From Candidatus Aminicenantales bacterium (GTDB lineage: Bacteria; Acidobacteriota; Aminicenantia; Aminicenantales; Saccharicenantaceae), in contig JBEKXF010000019.1 in the NCBI GenBank assembly GCA_049512315.1, positions 1-60,564 on the forward strand: DNA of 60,564 bases, read 5' to 3'. A program made the position numbers and the translations under genes. Numbering within the stretch: position 1 is the stretch's first letter; each line of letters begins with the position of its first letter. The notes beneath the pieces were generated by a model that made no database searches, had not been told where the DNA came from, and worked only from the letters and a program-made list of their open reading frames with translations. Shown piece by piece: positions 9,169 to 23,201 of this stretch.

Positions 9169-9180
9169 GGGCTCGGAGCC

Positions 9181-9209
9181 ATCTTAAACGCAGCCCGAGC
9201 GTGAGTCAA
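9181..9209 (-). promoter_or_regulatory. Sigma70-type promoter of sucCD
   Basis: TTGACT-N17-TAAGAT, 12 nt before the sucC ATG. Confidence 0.55.
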
Positions 9210-9295
9210 CACGGATGGGGGAGGCCGGCGTTCGGCCCTTGACTTTGGGCCGGATCGGATGGAAAATAGCCCTTCGATTTCTCAAGGAGTTGTCC

Positions 9296-10645
9296 ATGAT
9301 GATCCTGTCTTTGAACTGCGGCAGTTCGTCCGTCAAGTATCGGCTTTACGACTACGATAAGAAAGAAACCCTGGCCACGGGGATCGTCGAACGGGTCACG
9401 ATCGGCCAGAGTTACATCCAGCAGTCCGGATTGGGCCGCGACCCGATCACGATCAAGCGCGAGTGCCCCACGCACCGCGAAGCCATCAAGCTCATCATTG
9501 ACACGCTTCTCGAGCCGGCGGCCGGCGTCATCGACGACCTCAAGAAGATCTCGGCCGTCGGCCACCGCGTCGTCCACGGCGGCGAGGAGTTCAAGAAGTC
9601 GGTCATCATCACGGAGAAAACGATCGAAACCTTCAAGAAGCTCTATGACCTGGCGCCGCTCCACAACCCTCCCAACGTCCTGGGGATCGAGGCCGCGCTG
9701 GAGATCCTCCCGGGCATCCCGCACATGGCGATCATGGACACGGCCTGGCACCAGACGATGCCGCCTCACGCCTACATCTACGCTCTGCCTTACGAGTGGT
9801 ATAAGAAGTACGGGGTCCGCCGCTACGGATTCCACGGGACCTCCTTCCTTTATGTCGCCAAGCGGGCCGCCCTCCTCCTGGGCAAGGACCCGTTCGACTG
9901 CGCTCTCGTCTGCCTCCACATCGGCAACGGTGTCTCGGCCAACGCGATCAAGAAAGGATGTTCCTACGACACGAGCATGGGCCTGACCCCCCTAGAGGGC
10001 CTGGTGATGGGGACGCGTGCCGGGGACCACGACGCGGCCATCGACCTGATGATCGGCATGGAGAAGGAGAAGAACACCCCCAAGGAGATGAACGACATCC
10101 TCAACAAAAAGTCGGGCCTTCTCGGGATCACCGGCAAGTTCACCGACCGCCGGGACATTCAGAAAGCGGCCGAGGAGGGAGACGAACGGGCCCGCCTGGC
10201 CATCGAGATCGAGTCCTACCGGCTCAAGAAATACATCGGGGCCTACATGGCCGCCATCGGCGGCGCGGACGCCGTCGTCTTCACGGCGGGCGTCGGCGAG
10301 ATGTCCGACCTCATCCGGGAGAAATCCCTGGAGGGCCTCGAGTTCCTGGGGATCAAGCTCGACAAGGAAAAGAACCGTCTGGCCCGGACCCGGAACGCCG
10401 AGACCGAGATCAGCGCCGACGGCTCCAAGGTCAAGGTCTTCGTCATTCCCACCGACGAGGAGCGCGTCTTCATCGAGGACGTCGCGGCCCTGCTCGAGGG
10501 CAAGTACGACGAGCACACCCGCTTCCAGTACCGCTTCCAGTCGCCCGAATATGTCAACTCCCAGCGCGAGCAGGACTTCGCCAAGGAGTGCGAGAAGAAG
10601 CCCGGGTTGAAGCGCATCCAGGTCAAGCCCAAGCGGCAGCGCTGA
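9296..10645 (+). CDS. ackA: Acetate kinase
   Basis: LNCGSSSVK, GHRVVHGG, LAPLHNP, RRYGFHGTS, DTSMGLTPLEGLVMGTR, VIPTDEE; SD AAGGAG (start 9296 or 9299). Confidence 0.95.
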   Translation: MMILSLNCGSSSVKYRLYDYDKKETLATGIVERVTIGQSYIQQSGLGRDPITIKRECPTHREAIKLIIDTLLEPAAGVIDDLKKISAVGHRVVHGGEEFKKSVIITEKTIETFKKLYDLAPLHNPPNVLGIEAALEILPGIPHMAIMDTAWHQTMPPHAYIYALPYEWYKKYGVRRYGFHGTSFLYVAKRAALLLGKDPFDCALVCLHIGNGVSANAIKKGCSYDTSMGLTPLEGLVMGTRAGDHDAAIDLMIGMEKEKNTPKEMNDILNKKSGLLGITGKFTDRRDIQKAAEEGDERARLAIEIESYRLKKYIGAYMAAIGGADAVVFTAGVGEMSDLIREKSLEGLEFLGIKLDKEKNRLARTRNAETEISADGSKVKVFVIPTDEERVFIEDVAALLEGKYDEHTRFQYRFQSPEYVNSQREQDFAKECEKKPGLKRIQVKPKRQR

Positions 10646-10710
10646 CCCCGGCGGCCGGGTCCGCCCCGTTTTCTTTTCCGGCCATTTTGGATACGATGGG
10701 GGGCGGGAGA

Positions 10711-11733
10711 ATGCTCGTGGATAAGGATAAGTTCCTCAAGATCGGGGTCGGCGTCATCGTCGTCTTTCTCCTCGGGGTCTCCCTGAAGCTGGCCAAGCCG
10801 GTTCTTGTCCCGTTCTGTCTGGCCCTCTTCCTGTCCCTGGCTTTGATGCCCGCCCTCGACTTCCTGGTCCGCCGGAAGGTCCCAAAATCCGCCGCCATGG
10901 TCGCCATCCTGCTCCTGACGTTCATCGTCCTCTATCTTATGGGGGCCCTGTTCTACTCGAGCGGCAAGCAGTTCGCTTCGGAGCTTCCCTCGTACAGCGA
11001 GATGCTGAAATCGTTCCTGGACGAGGTGGACCAGACCGTCCAGAACCCGCGACTGAAAGCCGAGGCCCTGAACTGGATCAACGGCCTGAACGCGGAGAAG
11101 GTGGGCGGCTTCATCCTGTCCGCGCTCGGCCCGTTCCTCTCTTTTATGTCCGACCTGCTCCTCGTCTTTGTCTTTATGATCTTCATCCTCGGCGGGTGCG
11201 GCCGGATGGAAAAAAAGATCGCCCAGGCCTTTTCGCCGGACCAGGCCTCGACGATGTCGCGGGCGGTGCGCAGGATTGACCATCAGGTCCAGAGGTACCT
11301 GGCCGTCAAGACCCTCATGTGCATCATCACGGGAGGCCTGACGACCGCCATCCTTGTCCTGTTCCATCTTCCTTTCGCTATTGTCTTCGGCGTCCTGGCC
11401 TTCCTCCTCAACTACATCCCGACGCTCGGGTCCGTCATCGCCACGGCCCTGCCGGTCCTGCTGGCCACGTTCTTCTTCGGCAATCTTGGCCCGGCCATGG
11501 GGATCCTGGTCCTCCTGATGGCCATCAATGTCGTCCTGGGGAATGTTATCGAGCCCCGCCTCATGGGACGGGGCCTGGGCCTGAGCCCGCTCCTCGTCTT
11601 CTTCTCCCTGTTCTTCGGGTCCTGGCTGTGGGGGATCCCGGGCATGATCCTGGCCGTTCCCATCCTGGCCGTCCTCAAGATCATCATCAGCAACATTCCG
11701 TCGCTCAAGATCCTTGAGGCGATGATGGATTGA
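10711..11733 (+). CDS. AI-2E family transporter
   Basis: Multiple TM segments; LNYIPTLGS, GNVIEPRLMG, WGIPGMILAVP. Confidence 0.88.
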   Translation: MLVDKDKFLKIGVGVIVVFLLGVSLKLAKPVLVPFCLALFLSLALMPALDFLVRRKVPKSAAMVAILLLTFIVLYLMGALFYSSGKQFASELPSYSEMLKSFLDEVDQTVQNPRLKAEALNWINGLNAEKVGGFILSALGPFLSFMSDLLLVFVFMIFILGGCGRMEKKIAQAFSPDQASTMSRAVRRIDHQVQRYLAVKTLMCIITGGLTTAILVLFHLPFAIVFGVLAFLLNYIPTLGSVIATALPVLLATFFFGNLGPAMGILVLLMAINVVLGNVIEPRLMGRGLGLSPLLVFFSLFFGSWLWGIPGMILAVPILAVLKIIISNIPSLKILEAMMD

Positions 11734-11746
11734 GGGGGGAAACGGG

Positions 11747-12220
11747 TCAGGGTTCGAGCCCTGTCTTGGCGGCGAACTGCTCCAGCCGGCGATCGATTTT
11801 GCGGGCCGTCTCCTTGTAAGCATCGTAGCCCCGGCCGAGCGGGTCCTCGATGTCCCAGCCGTAAAGCTTCTCTTCGGGAATAGCCTTGAGGTCCCTGAGC
11901 CGGGAGTAGACGGGAAAATCCATGGCGATGATGTAGTCGAATGAACCGAGCTCAAAATCGGTGATGTTCCTGGCCTCGTGGTCCGAAATGTCCGTCTGAT
12001 AGACGATCTTCATGACCAGGACGGCGTCGTCGGAGGCGGGACCGCCGGCCGCGGCCATGCCGGCGCTGGCCGCCTCGACCCGCCCTCCGAACCGTTTCCG
12101 GGCAAGACCCGCCGCCATGGGGCTCCGGCAGATGTTGCCGTAGCAGACGAAGAGGACCTTGGACCTTCTCTTTTCGGGCGCCCGGATCGCCGGGGCAGAT
12201 TTCGGAGTCCTCACGGTCAC
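11747..12220 (-). CDS. Low-molecular-weight protein phosphatase (LMW-PTP family)
   Basis: VLFVCYGNICRSPMA P-loop, SAG, DYIIAMD, DIEDP. Confidence 0.9.
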   Translation of the reverse strand: MTVRTPKSAPAIRAPEKRRSKVLFVCYGNICRSPMAAGLARKRFGGRVEAASAGMAAAGGPASDDAVLVMKIVYQTDISDHEARNITDFELGSFDYIIAMDFPVYSRLRDLKAIPEEKLYGWDIEDPLGRGYDAYKETARKIDRRLEQFAAKTGLEP

Positions 12221-14196
12221 TTCAGCCCCGTCTGACCGCTTTCCTGGGCGACTTCCCCGGCTTTCTCGTAGAGGAAAGCGGCCAGGATGAGCCGCTCGGC
12301 CGCCTCCGGAGGTGCCTTGTCCCGGGTGAGCTCGGCGGCGCCGGCCTCCTCTTCCTTGGCCCTGTTATAAAGCCAGGCTTCCTTGGCCGGGGCGGCGGCG
12401 GCGTCCGCTTCCGTGCGGGCCGCGGCGACCAGGCCGCGGAGGGCCTCCAGGCATTGGTCCTCGTCCCCGCCTCGGAGGCTGAGGGCATAGACCTTGTTCA
12501 AGATCCCGTACAGCAGCCGGGCGCTGGCGAAGTCGTTTTTCTGATAGCTTTCGAGCGCGTCTTTTTCCTTCTCGGAGGCGATCCAGAAGAGGAGGTTCGG
12601 GCTTGTCCCGCGGCCGGCATCCGCGGCCTTTTTCTTGGAAACGTCCATGTCGCTCTTGATCTGGTCGGCCTTCTGCTTCTCGTTGACCATCGTCAGGAGC
12701 TTCCGCGTTTCGGATTCCCCCTTGGTGTAGCTTTTGCGTGAGGCCTCGACGTTGCCCGCGTCATGCAAGCGCCTTCCGTCCCGCATCTGGGCCTGGATGT
12801 CGCCGATCTTGCCGGCGAAGGCGGGGACCTTGTTCTTGAGGCCGGTCAAGAACCGGTCGACCTCCTCGTTACTTTTCCCGTCGAGGAGGTTGGCGGAATC
12901 CCCGCCGATGATAGGGGTCAGGAGGGAAATGACCTTGGAGAAATCCAGCCCGCCCTGAGGGCCCGGACTCCCGGAGGCTCCCGGGGGAACCTGGGACTGG
13001 ACCTGGACGGAGGGGGAATTCGGGAGCGCCCCCTCCGCCCGGCGAAGGGGATCGGTGACGGACATCTCGTTCTTTTGACCGACAGCCTTCCGGACCGCCC
13101 AAGGCTTGAGAATGACCAGCCCAGCGATGACTAGCAGGGCCGCGGCCAGGACCGGGATGACCAGCTTTCTGATGTTGAGCTTGACCGTGATCTCCCGCGA
13201 GGTTGCCGGCTTGCGCGGGGTGGCCGCCTGTCGGGTCGGCGCGAGCCCCTGGCCGATGCGGTCCAGGTCCTCCAGGATCTCCTCGGCCTGCTGATAGCGG
13301 CGCCCTTTGTCCTTCTCGAGACACCGCAGGATCAGCCGGCTGAAGCCCTGGGAGATCTGGGAGTTCGAGGCCTTCGGGTCGGGGGCCGGCTCGCCCTTGT
13401 GCTTGAGGACGATGCTCAGGGGCGTTTCCCCTTCGAAGGGGACCCGGCCCGTGACCATTTCGTAGAGGATGACACCGAGGGAATAGATGTCGCTCCGGCG
13501 GTCGACGTCCCGGGCGTCGGCCTGCTCAGGGGACATGTACTCCGGCGTGCCGATGATGACGCCCGTCGCGGTCAGGCCCCGGCTGTGGAGGGAACGGGCG
13601 ATCCCGAAATCCATGATCTTGGCGTTCCCGTCCCGGTCGATCATGATGTTCTGGGGCTTGAGGTCGCGGTGGACGACGCCCAACCGGTGGGCCTCGGCCA
13701 GCCCTTCGGCGATCTGGCGGGTGAGGTCCAGCGCCTTTTCCTCATTCAGGTGGCCGGACCTCCGGATGAAGCTCTTGAGGTCCTCGCCCGGCACATACTC
13801 CATGGAAATGTAGTAGGAGAGGCCCTCTTCGTTAAAGTCGTACATCCGGCAGACGTGACGGTGGGCGACTTTCCGGGCGAGCTTCATCTCGTTCCGGAAG
13901 CGCTCGATGATCTCCGGGTCGGAGGCGATCTCGGGTTTCAGGAGTTTGAGGGCCACGACCTCCCGGATCTTGTTGTCGTAGGCCTTGTAGACGGCTCCCA
14001 TCCCGCCCTGGCCGATCTCCTCGATGATCTCGAAGCGCCGGGCGAACGTCGTCCCCCGCTCGAGCCCCTTGGTTGGGGTCTGGTAGGTCATGGTCACCGG
14101 CAACGAGCTCGGCGGGGTCCCCTGAAGATCACGGCCGCAATAGCCGCAGAACCGGGTGCCGTCGGGGTTGTCGAACTGGCAGCGGGGGCATCTCAT
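12217..14196 (-). CDS. Membrane Hanks-type Ser/Thr kinase with N-terminal zinc ribbon and helical extracytoplasmic C-terminal domain
   Basis: MRCPRC...FCGYCG; GQGGMGAVY, VALK, HRDLKPQN, DFG, GTPEYMSPE; TM segment LVIPVLAAALLVIAGLVIL. Confidence 0.92.
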   Translation of the reverse strand: MRCPRCQFDNPDGTRFCGYCGRDLQGTPPSSLPVTMTYQTPTKGLERGTTFARRFEIIEEIGQGGMGAVYKAYDNKIREVVALKLLKPEIASDPEIIERFRNEMKLARKVAHRHVCRMYDFNEEGLSYYISMEYVPGEDLKSFIRRSGHLNEEKALDLTRQIAEGLAEAHRLGVVHRDLKPQNIMIDRDGNAKIMDFGIARSLHSRGLTATGVIIGTPEYMSPEQADARDVDRRSDIYSLGVILYEMVTGRVPFEGETPLSIVLKHKGEPAPDPKASNSQISQGFSRLILRCLEKDKGRRYQQAEEILEDLDRIGQGLAPTRQAATPRKPATSREITVKLNIRKLVIPVLAAALLVIAGLVILKPWAVRKAVGQKNEMSVTDPLRRAEGALPNSPSVQVQSQVPPGASGSPGPQGGLDFSKVISLLTPIIGGDSANLLDGKSNEEVDRFLTGLKNKVPAFAGKIGDIQAQMRDGRRLHDAGNVEASRKSYTKGESETRKLLTMVNEKQKADQIKSDMDVSKKKAADAGRGTSPNLLFWIASEKEKDALESYQKNDFASARLLYGILNKVYALSLRGGDEDQCLEALRGLVAAARTEADAAAAPAKEAWLYNRAKEEEAGAAELTRDKAPPEAAERLILAAFLYEKAGEVAQESGQTGLK

Positions 14197-14319
14197 CTGG
14201 GTGGCCGAACCTCGTTCATTAACAATAGCAATATGCATGGCAAATTTCAAACCCATTCGTACATACGCTTCGGGATGGACATTGGTTTCCAGAATTCGGC
14301 TGCGAGAGGCTGGTGGGCC

Positions 14320-18427
<4,108 letters not shown>

Positions 18428-18465
18428 GGGCCACTCCTTCCGAATTCCGGTCGCACGTTGACCGT

Positions 18466-18494
18466 ATCTTAGTTCATCGGCAGGATGAGGTCAA
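18466..18494 (-). promoter_or_regulatory. Sigma70-type promoter for nucleotidyltransferase/GH2 genes
   Basis: TTGACC-N17-TAAGAT. Confidence 0.5.
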
Positions 18495-18521
18495 ACTCAA
18501 GTGCTGAATAGGATAATAGGT

Positions 18522-18724
18522 ACGAGTGGCTCGGCGGTGCTCCCCGACGGACGAGCGGAAGGGGATTGCGCGAGAGCGCTGGGGGTTCCAAGGGGTGGCT
18601 TCCCCCTGGTCCGAGGATGCCGGAGGCTGCGAGGAGGGGTGGTTCAGGAGGGGATCTTCTCCGCTCCGCCCTCGGGGGGATGGGTGGAGCGAAGTCCGCT
18701 CGGGGACACTGCTAGGCCACTCGT
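18522..18724 (+). other. Unassigned ~203-nt structured element (ncRNA or MITE/REP-like)
   Basis: 31-nt terminal arms form 29 bp (3 G-U on + strand); internal hairpins include GCGC-GAGA-GCGC. Confidence 0.6.
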
Positions 18725-18730
18725 CCGACC

Positions 18731-18759
18731 TTTACTTATAGGCTCCTATCCATTATGAT
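18731..18759 (+). promoter_or_regulatory. Possible sigma70-type promoter of the hslVU operon
   Basis: TTTACT-N17-TATGAT. Confidence 0.4.
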
Positions 18760-18785
18760 TGAAAGGACCAAGGATAGGTGACCCG

Positions 18786-19313
18786 ATGATTCGATCCACG
18801 ACCGTCATTTGCGTCCGCCATAGGGGGAAGGTTGCCATGGCCGCCGACGGCCAGGTGACCCTGGGTCAGACCGTGCTCAAGAAGACGGCCCAGAAGATCC
18901 GGCGGCTCCATAAAGGCGACGTGCTGGCCGGATTCGCCGGCGCCACGTCGGACGCCTTCGCCCTCTTTGCCCGATTCGAGATCAAGCTCGAGGAATACCG
19001 CGGCAACCTGTCGCGCGCGGCGATCGAGCTGGCCAAGGATTGGCGCCTGGAAAAATCCCTCCGCCAGCTGGACGCCCTCCTCGTCGTCGCCGATAAAGAG
19101 ACGACCTTCCTCCTCTCGGGGACGGGGGACGTGGTCGAGCCGGACGACGGCATCATCGCCATCGGCTCCGGCGGGCCGTTCGCCCTGGCGGCCGCCCGGG
19201 CCCTCCTCGTCCATACGGACCTCTCGGCTCGGGAGATCGCTCTCGAGGCCATCAAGATCAGCGCCGACATCTGCGTCTACACCAACCAGCAGATCACCCT
19301 CGAGGAGTTGTGA
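18786..19313 (+). CDS. hslV: ATP-dependent protease peptidase subunit HslV
   Basis: [37 protein letters not shown]. Confidence 0.96.
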   Translation: MIRSTTVICVRHRGKVAMAADGQVTLGQTVLKKTAQKIRRLHKGDVLAGFAGATSDAFALFARFEIKLEEYRGNLSRAAIELAKDWRLEKSLRQLDALLVVADKETTFLLSGTGDVVEPDDGIIAIGSGGPFALAAARALLVHTDLSAREIALEAIKISADICVYTNQQITLEEL

Positions 19314-20705
19314 ATGGCCATCCCGCTTCCCGAAAGCTTCGAGGGCGTCGCCGGCGAATTTCCGGACGTTGAGCTCACGCCCCAGGAGATCGTCGCCGAG
19401 CTCGATAAGTTCATCATCGGCCAGAAGGCAGCCAAGAAGGCGGTGGCCATCGCCCTCCGGAACCGCTTCCGCCGGCGGAAGCTCCCGCCGGAACTCGCCG
19501 ACGAGATCGCCCCCAAGAACATCCTGATGATCGGGCCCACGGGCGTGGGCAAGACCGAGATCTCCCGGCGGCTGGCCAAGCTCACCTCCTCTCCCTTCCT
19601 CAAGATCGAGGCCAGCAAGTTCACAGAGGTCGGCTACGTCGGACGCGACGTGGAATCCATGATCCGCGACCTCGTCCGGATCTCGGTGGACATGGTCAAG
19701 CAGGAAAAGGTTGCGGAGATCGAGGAGAAGGCCCTGGGGAGCGTCGAGGAACGGCTCCTGGATTTCCTCCTGCCGCCGCTCAAGAAGTCCGACGGCGCCA
19801 CGGGCGAAGAGGAGGACCAGAGATTCCACGACACCCGGGAAAAGCTGAGGAAACAGCTCAGGGACGGCCTCCTTGAAGAACGGCTTGTCGAGCTCGAGGT
19901 CAAAGACAAGAGCACGCCGCCCTTCGAGATCTTCTCCAACTCCGGGGTCGAGGAGATCGGCTTCCAGATCCAGGAGCTCATCCCGGGCTTCCTGGGCGGC
20001 CGGTCGAAACGGAGGAAAGTGAAGATCAAGGAGGCCCGCGAGATCCTGCTTGAAGAAGAGGAGAAGCGTCTCGTGGACATGGACCAGGTTTCCCGGCTGG
20101 CCATCGGGAGGGTCGAACAGTCGGGCATCATATTCCTGGACGAGGTCGATAAGATCGCCGGCCGGGAGTCGGGGCACGGGCCGGACGTCAGCCGCGAGGG
20201 CGTCCAGCGTGACCTCCTGCCCATCATCGAAGGCACGACCGTCAACACGCGCTATGGGCTCGTCCGGACGGACCACATCCTGTTCATCGGCGCCGGGGCC
20301 TTCCATGTCTCGAAGCCTTCGGACCTCATCCCCGAGCTCCAGGGGCGTTTCCCCATCCGGGTGGAGCTCACATCCCTCGGCAAGGACGATTTCGTCCGGA
20401 TCCTGACGGAGCCCGAGAACGCCCTGATCAAGCAGTACCGGGCCCTCATGGCCACGGAGGACGTCTCGGTCGAGTTCACGGCGGATGCCGTCGACGAGAT
20501 CGCCGCGATCGCCGAGAGGGTGAACGCCGATTCCGAGAACATCGGTGCCCGGCGCCTCCACACCGTCATGGAGAAGGTCATGGAGGACATCTCCTTCGAA
20601 GCCCCGGACATCGCCAAGAAGTCGATCCGGATCGACCGCGGATACGTCGAGGGCCAGCTGAAGGACATCCTCAAGGACCAGGACTTGCGACGATTTATTC
20701 TCTGA
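19314..20705 (+). CDS. hslU: ATP-dependent protease ATPase subunit HslU
   Basis: [54 protein letters not shown]. Confidence 0.97.
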   Translation: MAIPLPESFEGVAGEFPDVELTPQEIVAELDKFIIGQKAAKKAVAIALRNRFRRRKLPPELADEIAPKNILMIGPTGVGKTEISRRLAKLTSSPFLKIEASKFTEVGYVGRDVESMIRDLVRISVDMVKQEKVAEIEEKALGSVEERLLDFLLPPLKKSDGATGEEEDQRFHDTREKLRKQLRDGLLEERLVELEVKDKSTPPFEIFSNSGVEEIGFQIQELIPGFLGGRSKRRKVKIKEAREILLEEEEKRLVDMDQVSRLAIGRVEQSGIIFLDEVDKIAGRESGHGPDVSREGVQRDLLPIIEGTTVNTRYGLVRTDHILFIGAGAFHVSKPSDLIPELQGRFPIRVELTSLGKDDFVRILTEPENALIKQYRALMATEDVSVEFTADAVDEIAAIAERVNADSENIGARRLHTVMEKVMEDISFEAPDIAKKSIRIDRGYVEGQLKDILKDQDLRRFIL

Positions 20706-21775
20706 TGAAGGGATCTGCAGGAATTCTCGCCCTCGGGCTGGCCGTCCTCCTCGGGTCCGGCTGCGGGAAGAAAGGCCCTCTCCAACCTCCCTTGGTCCGG
20801 GAGCCCAAGCCCGTTGAGCGCCTGACCGCCTTCCAGCGCGGCCGCTCGGTTATCCTGGAATGGACGGATCCCGGGAAGTATGTCGATGGGCGTCCGCTCA
20901 AGGCCGTCGGCGCGGCCGAGCTCTGGATCCTCGACCCCGGGCCGGAGGGGGGGGCCAAGCCTCCGGCTCCCCGGGATTTCGAAACACGGGCGCGGCTGGC
21001 CAGACGAATCGCCCCGAACGAGCTCCTGTCCGTCCCCGCCGGCGTGATGTTCGCCTACCCGTTGGCCGGTGATCAGCCGGGGGGCCGGACCCTGGCCTTT
21101 TCCGTCCGTGTCCTGGACGCGGCCAGGCGGCCTTCGAAGCTCTGCCCTCCGGTCATGGTCGAAATCCGGCCTTGTCCGCTGCCTCCTGAGATCCGGGACG
21201 TCAGGGTCTTCGTGGACCGTGTCGATATCAGCTGGACGCCGCCGGCGGCCAACATCGACGGCTCCAGACCGGCGAGCGTGGCGGGCTATACGGTTTACCG
21301 TTCCGAGGGCCATGCGGAGCCGGAAAAGCTGACGTCGTCGCCGACGACAGGCCTGAGCTTCGAGGACCGAAGCTTCCAATTCGGGGCGTCCTATACCTAC
21401 ATCGTCCGCGCCTGCGCGACTGGCACGGACCCTGGCTTGGAAAGCAACGATTCCGCGACCCGCAGCGTCGTCCCCCGCGACATCTTCCCGCCGGACCCGC
21501 CGGCCGGGCTGGTCGCCGTTCCCGGGCCGGGCGTCATCTCTCTGAGTTGGGACCCCGTCCGGGACCTCGACCTCGCCGGCTATAGCGTTTGGAGAAGGGA
21601 AGAGGGGGGGCCCGGGTTCATTCCCCTGACATCGGGGCTTCTCCCGGGGAACGCCTTCACCGACCCGTCTGTCCTCAAAGGCAAGATCTATGTCTACGCC
21701 GTGAGCGCGGAGGACAAGAACGGGAATGAAAGCGCCAGATCGGAGACCGGGCCCGTGAGCCTGAAAGGGAACTGA
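20705..21775 (+). CDS. Lipoprotein with fibronectin type III-like domains
   Basis: Lipobox LGSGC then GKKGPLQPP; FN3-type motifs (ISW..GYTVYR..YTYIVRA; LSW..GYSVWR..YVYAVSA.D.NGNES). Confidence 0.75.
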   Translation: MKGSAGILALGLAVLLGSGCGKKGPLQPPLVREPKPVERLTAFQRGRSVILEWTDPGKYVDGRPLKAVGAAELWILDPGPEGGAKPPAPRDFETRARLARRIAPNELLSVPAGVMFAYPLAGDQPGGRTLAFSVRVLDAARRPSKLCPPVMVEIRPCPLPPEIRDVRVFVDRVDISWTPPAANIDGSRPASVAGYTVYRSEGHAEPEKLTSSPTTGLSFEDRSFQFGASYTYIVRACATGTDPGLESNDSATRSVVPRDIFPPDPPAGLVAVPGPGVISLSWDPVRDLDLAGYSVWRREEGGPGFIPLTSGLLPGNAFTDPSVLKGKIYVYAVSAEDKNGNESARSETGPVSLKGN

Positions 21776-21777
21776 GC

Positions 21778-22560
21778 ATGAAGATCTACCGGTTTCGCTA
21801 CAGGAAGAGGATCCTCCACGGGATCCTCAAGGAGGAGTTCCTTTTCCCGCTGAAAGGGTCCATTTTCCGGGATTTCAAGATCGGCGACAGTCCGATCCCC
21901 ATGGGCGAGGTCAAGCTCCTCCCTCCGGTCGAACCGTCCAAGATCGTCGCCGTCGGCCGGAACTACCGGGACCATGCCAAGGAATTGGGAAACGCAGTCC
22001 CCGAGGAGCCGCTCCTCTTCCTGAAGCCGTCGACGGCTGTCATCGGGCCCCATGACGAGATCCTCTATCCGGCCATGTCCTCCCGCGTCGACTACGAAGG
22101 CGAGCTGGCCGTGGTCATCAAGAAGAAGGCCCGCCATCTCCGGGAAGAGGACCCGGTCGGAGATTACATCCTGGGCTACACCTGCTTCAACGACGTCACG
22201 GCCCGCGACCTGCAGACCAAAGACGTCCAGTTCACTCGGGCCAAGTCCTTCGATACGTTCGCCGCCGTGGGGCCCTGCGTCGCCACCGGCATCGACCCGG
22301 GCGCGCTGCACCTCAAGACCTTCCTCAACGGCAAGCTCGTCCAGTCCGGGACGACGGCGAACCTGATCTTCCCCGTGCCCTTCCTGGTCCGCTTCATCTC
22401 GAGGGTCATGACGCTTCTGCCCGGCGATATCATCGCCACGGGGACGCCGGCGGGCGTCGGCCCGATGAGCCCCGGCGACCGGGTGGACGTTCAGGTCGAA
22501 GGGATCGGGGTCCTGTCGAACACGCTCGTCCGAGCCAAGCAAGAAAAGGAGGACGCATGA
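21778..22560 (+). CDS. Fumarylacetoacetate hydrolase family protein
   Basis: [45 protein letters not shown]. Confidence 0.92.
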   Translation: MKIYRFRYRKRILHGILKEEFLFPLKGSIFRDFKIGDSPIPMGEVKLLPPVEPSKIVAVGRNYRDHAKELGNAVPEEPLLFLKPSTAVIGPHDEILYPAMSSRVDYEGELAVVIKKKARHLREEDPVGDYILGYTCFNDVTARDLQTKDVQFTRAKSFDTFAAVGPCVATGIDPGALHLKTFLNGKLVQSGTTANLIFPVPFLVRFISRVMTLLPGDIIATGTPAGVGPMSPGDRVDVQVEGIGVLSNTLVRAKQEKEDA

Positions 22561-23201
22561 AATTCTTTCTGGATACAGCCAACCTGGATGAGATCCGCGA
22601 GGTCCAAAGCTGGGGCATCCTCGACGGAGTGACCACGAACCCCACCCTCGTGTCGAAGGAGAGCGGGACGTTCGAGGACCTCATCCGGGAGATCTGCGCC
22701 ATCGTCCCCGGCCCCGTCTCCGCGGAAGCCGTCTCGACCAAAGCCGATGAGATCGTCCCCGAGGCCAGGCGGCTGGCCGGGATCGCCTCCAACGTCGTCG
22801 TCAAGATTCCGGTCGGCCTGGAAGGTCTGAAGGCGACGAAGGCGCTGGCCGCCGAGGGGATCGCGGTCAACATGACCCTCGTCTTCTCGGCCAGTCAGGC
22901 CCTCCTCGCCGCCAAGGCCGGGGCCAAGTTCGCCAGCCCGTTCATCGGCCGGCTCGACGACGCGTCGGAGGACGGCATGGCGCTCATCGAGGAGATCGTC
23001 ACGATCTTCGAGAACTACAGGATCGAGACCGAGGTCATCGTAGCCAGCATCCGCCACCCGAGGCACGTGGTGGAGGCCGCACTCCTCGGGGCCGACATCG
23101 CCACCATCCCGTACTCCGTGATGACGAAACTCGTCCGCCACCCCCTGACGGACGTCGGGATCGAGCGGTTCCTCGCCGACTGGAGGAAAGTCAGGACGTG
23201 A
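22557..23201 (+). CDS. Small transaldolase / fructose-6-phosphate aldolase family
   Basis: [37 protein letters not shown]. Confidence 0.93.
   Translation: MKFFLDTANLDEIREVQSWGILDGVTTNPTLVSKESGTFEDLIREICAIVPGPVSAEAVSTKADEIVPEARRLAGIASNVVVKIPVGLEGLKATKALAAEGIAVNMTLVFSASQALLAAKAGAKFASPFIGRLDDASEDGMALIEEIVTIFENYRIETEVIVASIRHPRHVVEAALLGADIATIPYSVMTKLVRHPLTDVGIERFLADWRKVRT

Noticed and set aside
18499..18507. CIRCE (HrcA) operator upstream of hslVU
   Set aside because: AAGTGCTGA resembles only one half-site with no partner at 9-nt spacing; none seen before clpB either
18501..18758. Small ORFs (85 and 71 aa) in the structured intergenic region
   Set aside because: No SD, atypical composition; better explained by the non-coding structure
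18745..18777. CCTATCC/GGATAGG anti-SD hairpin (RNA thermometer) for hslV
   Set aside because: The 5' arm lies in the spacer of the predicted promoter and would not be transcribed from it; relevant only if an upstream TSS exists
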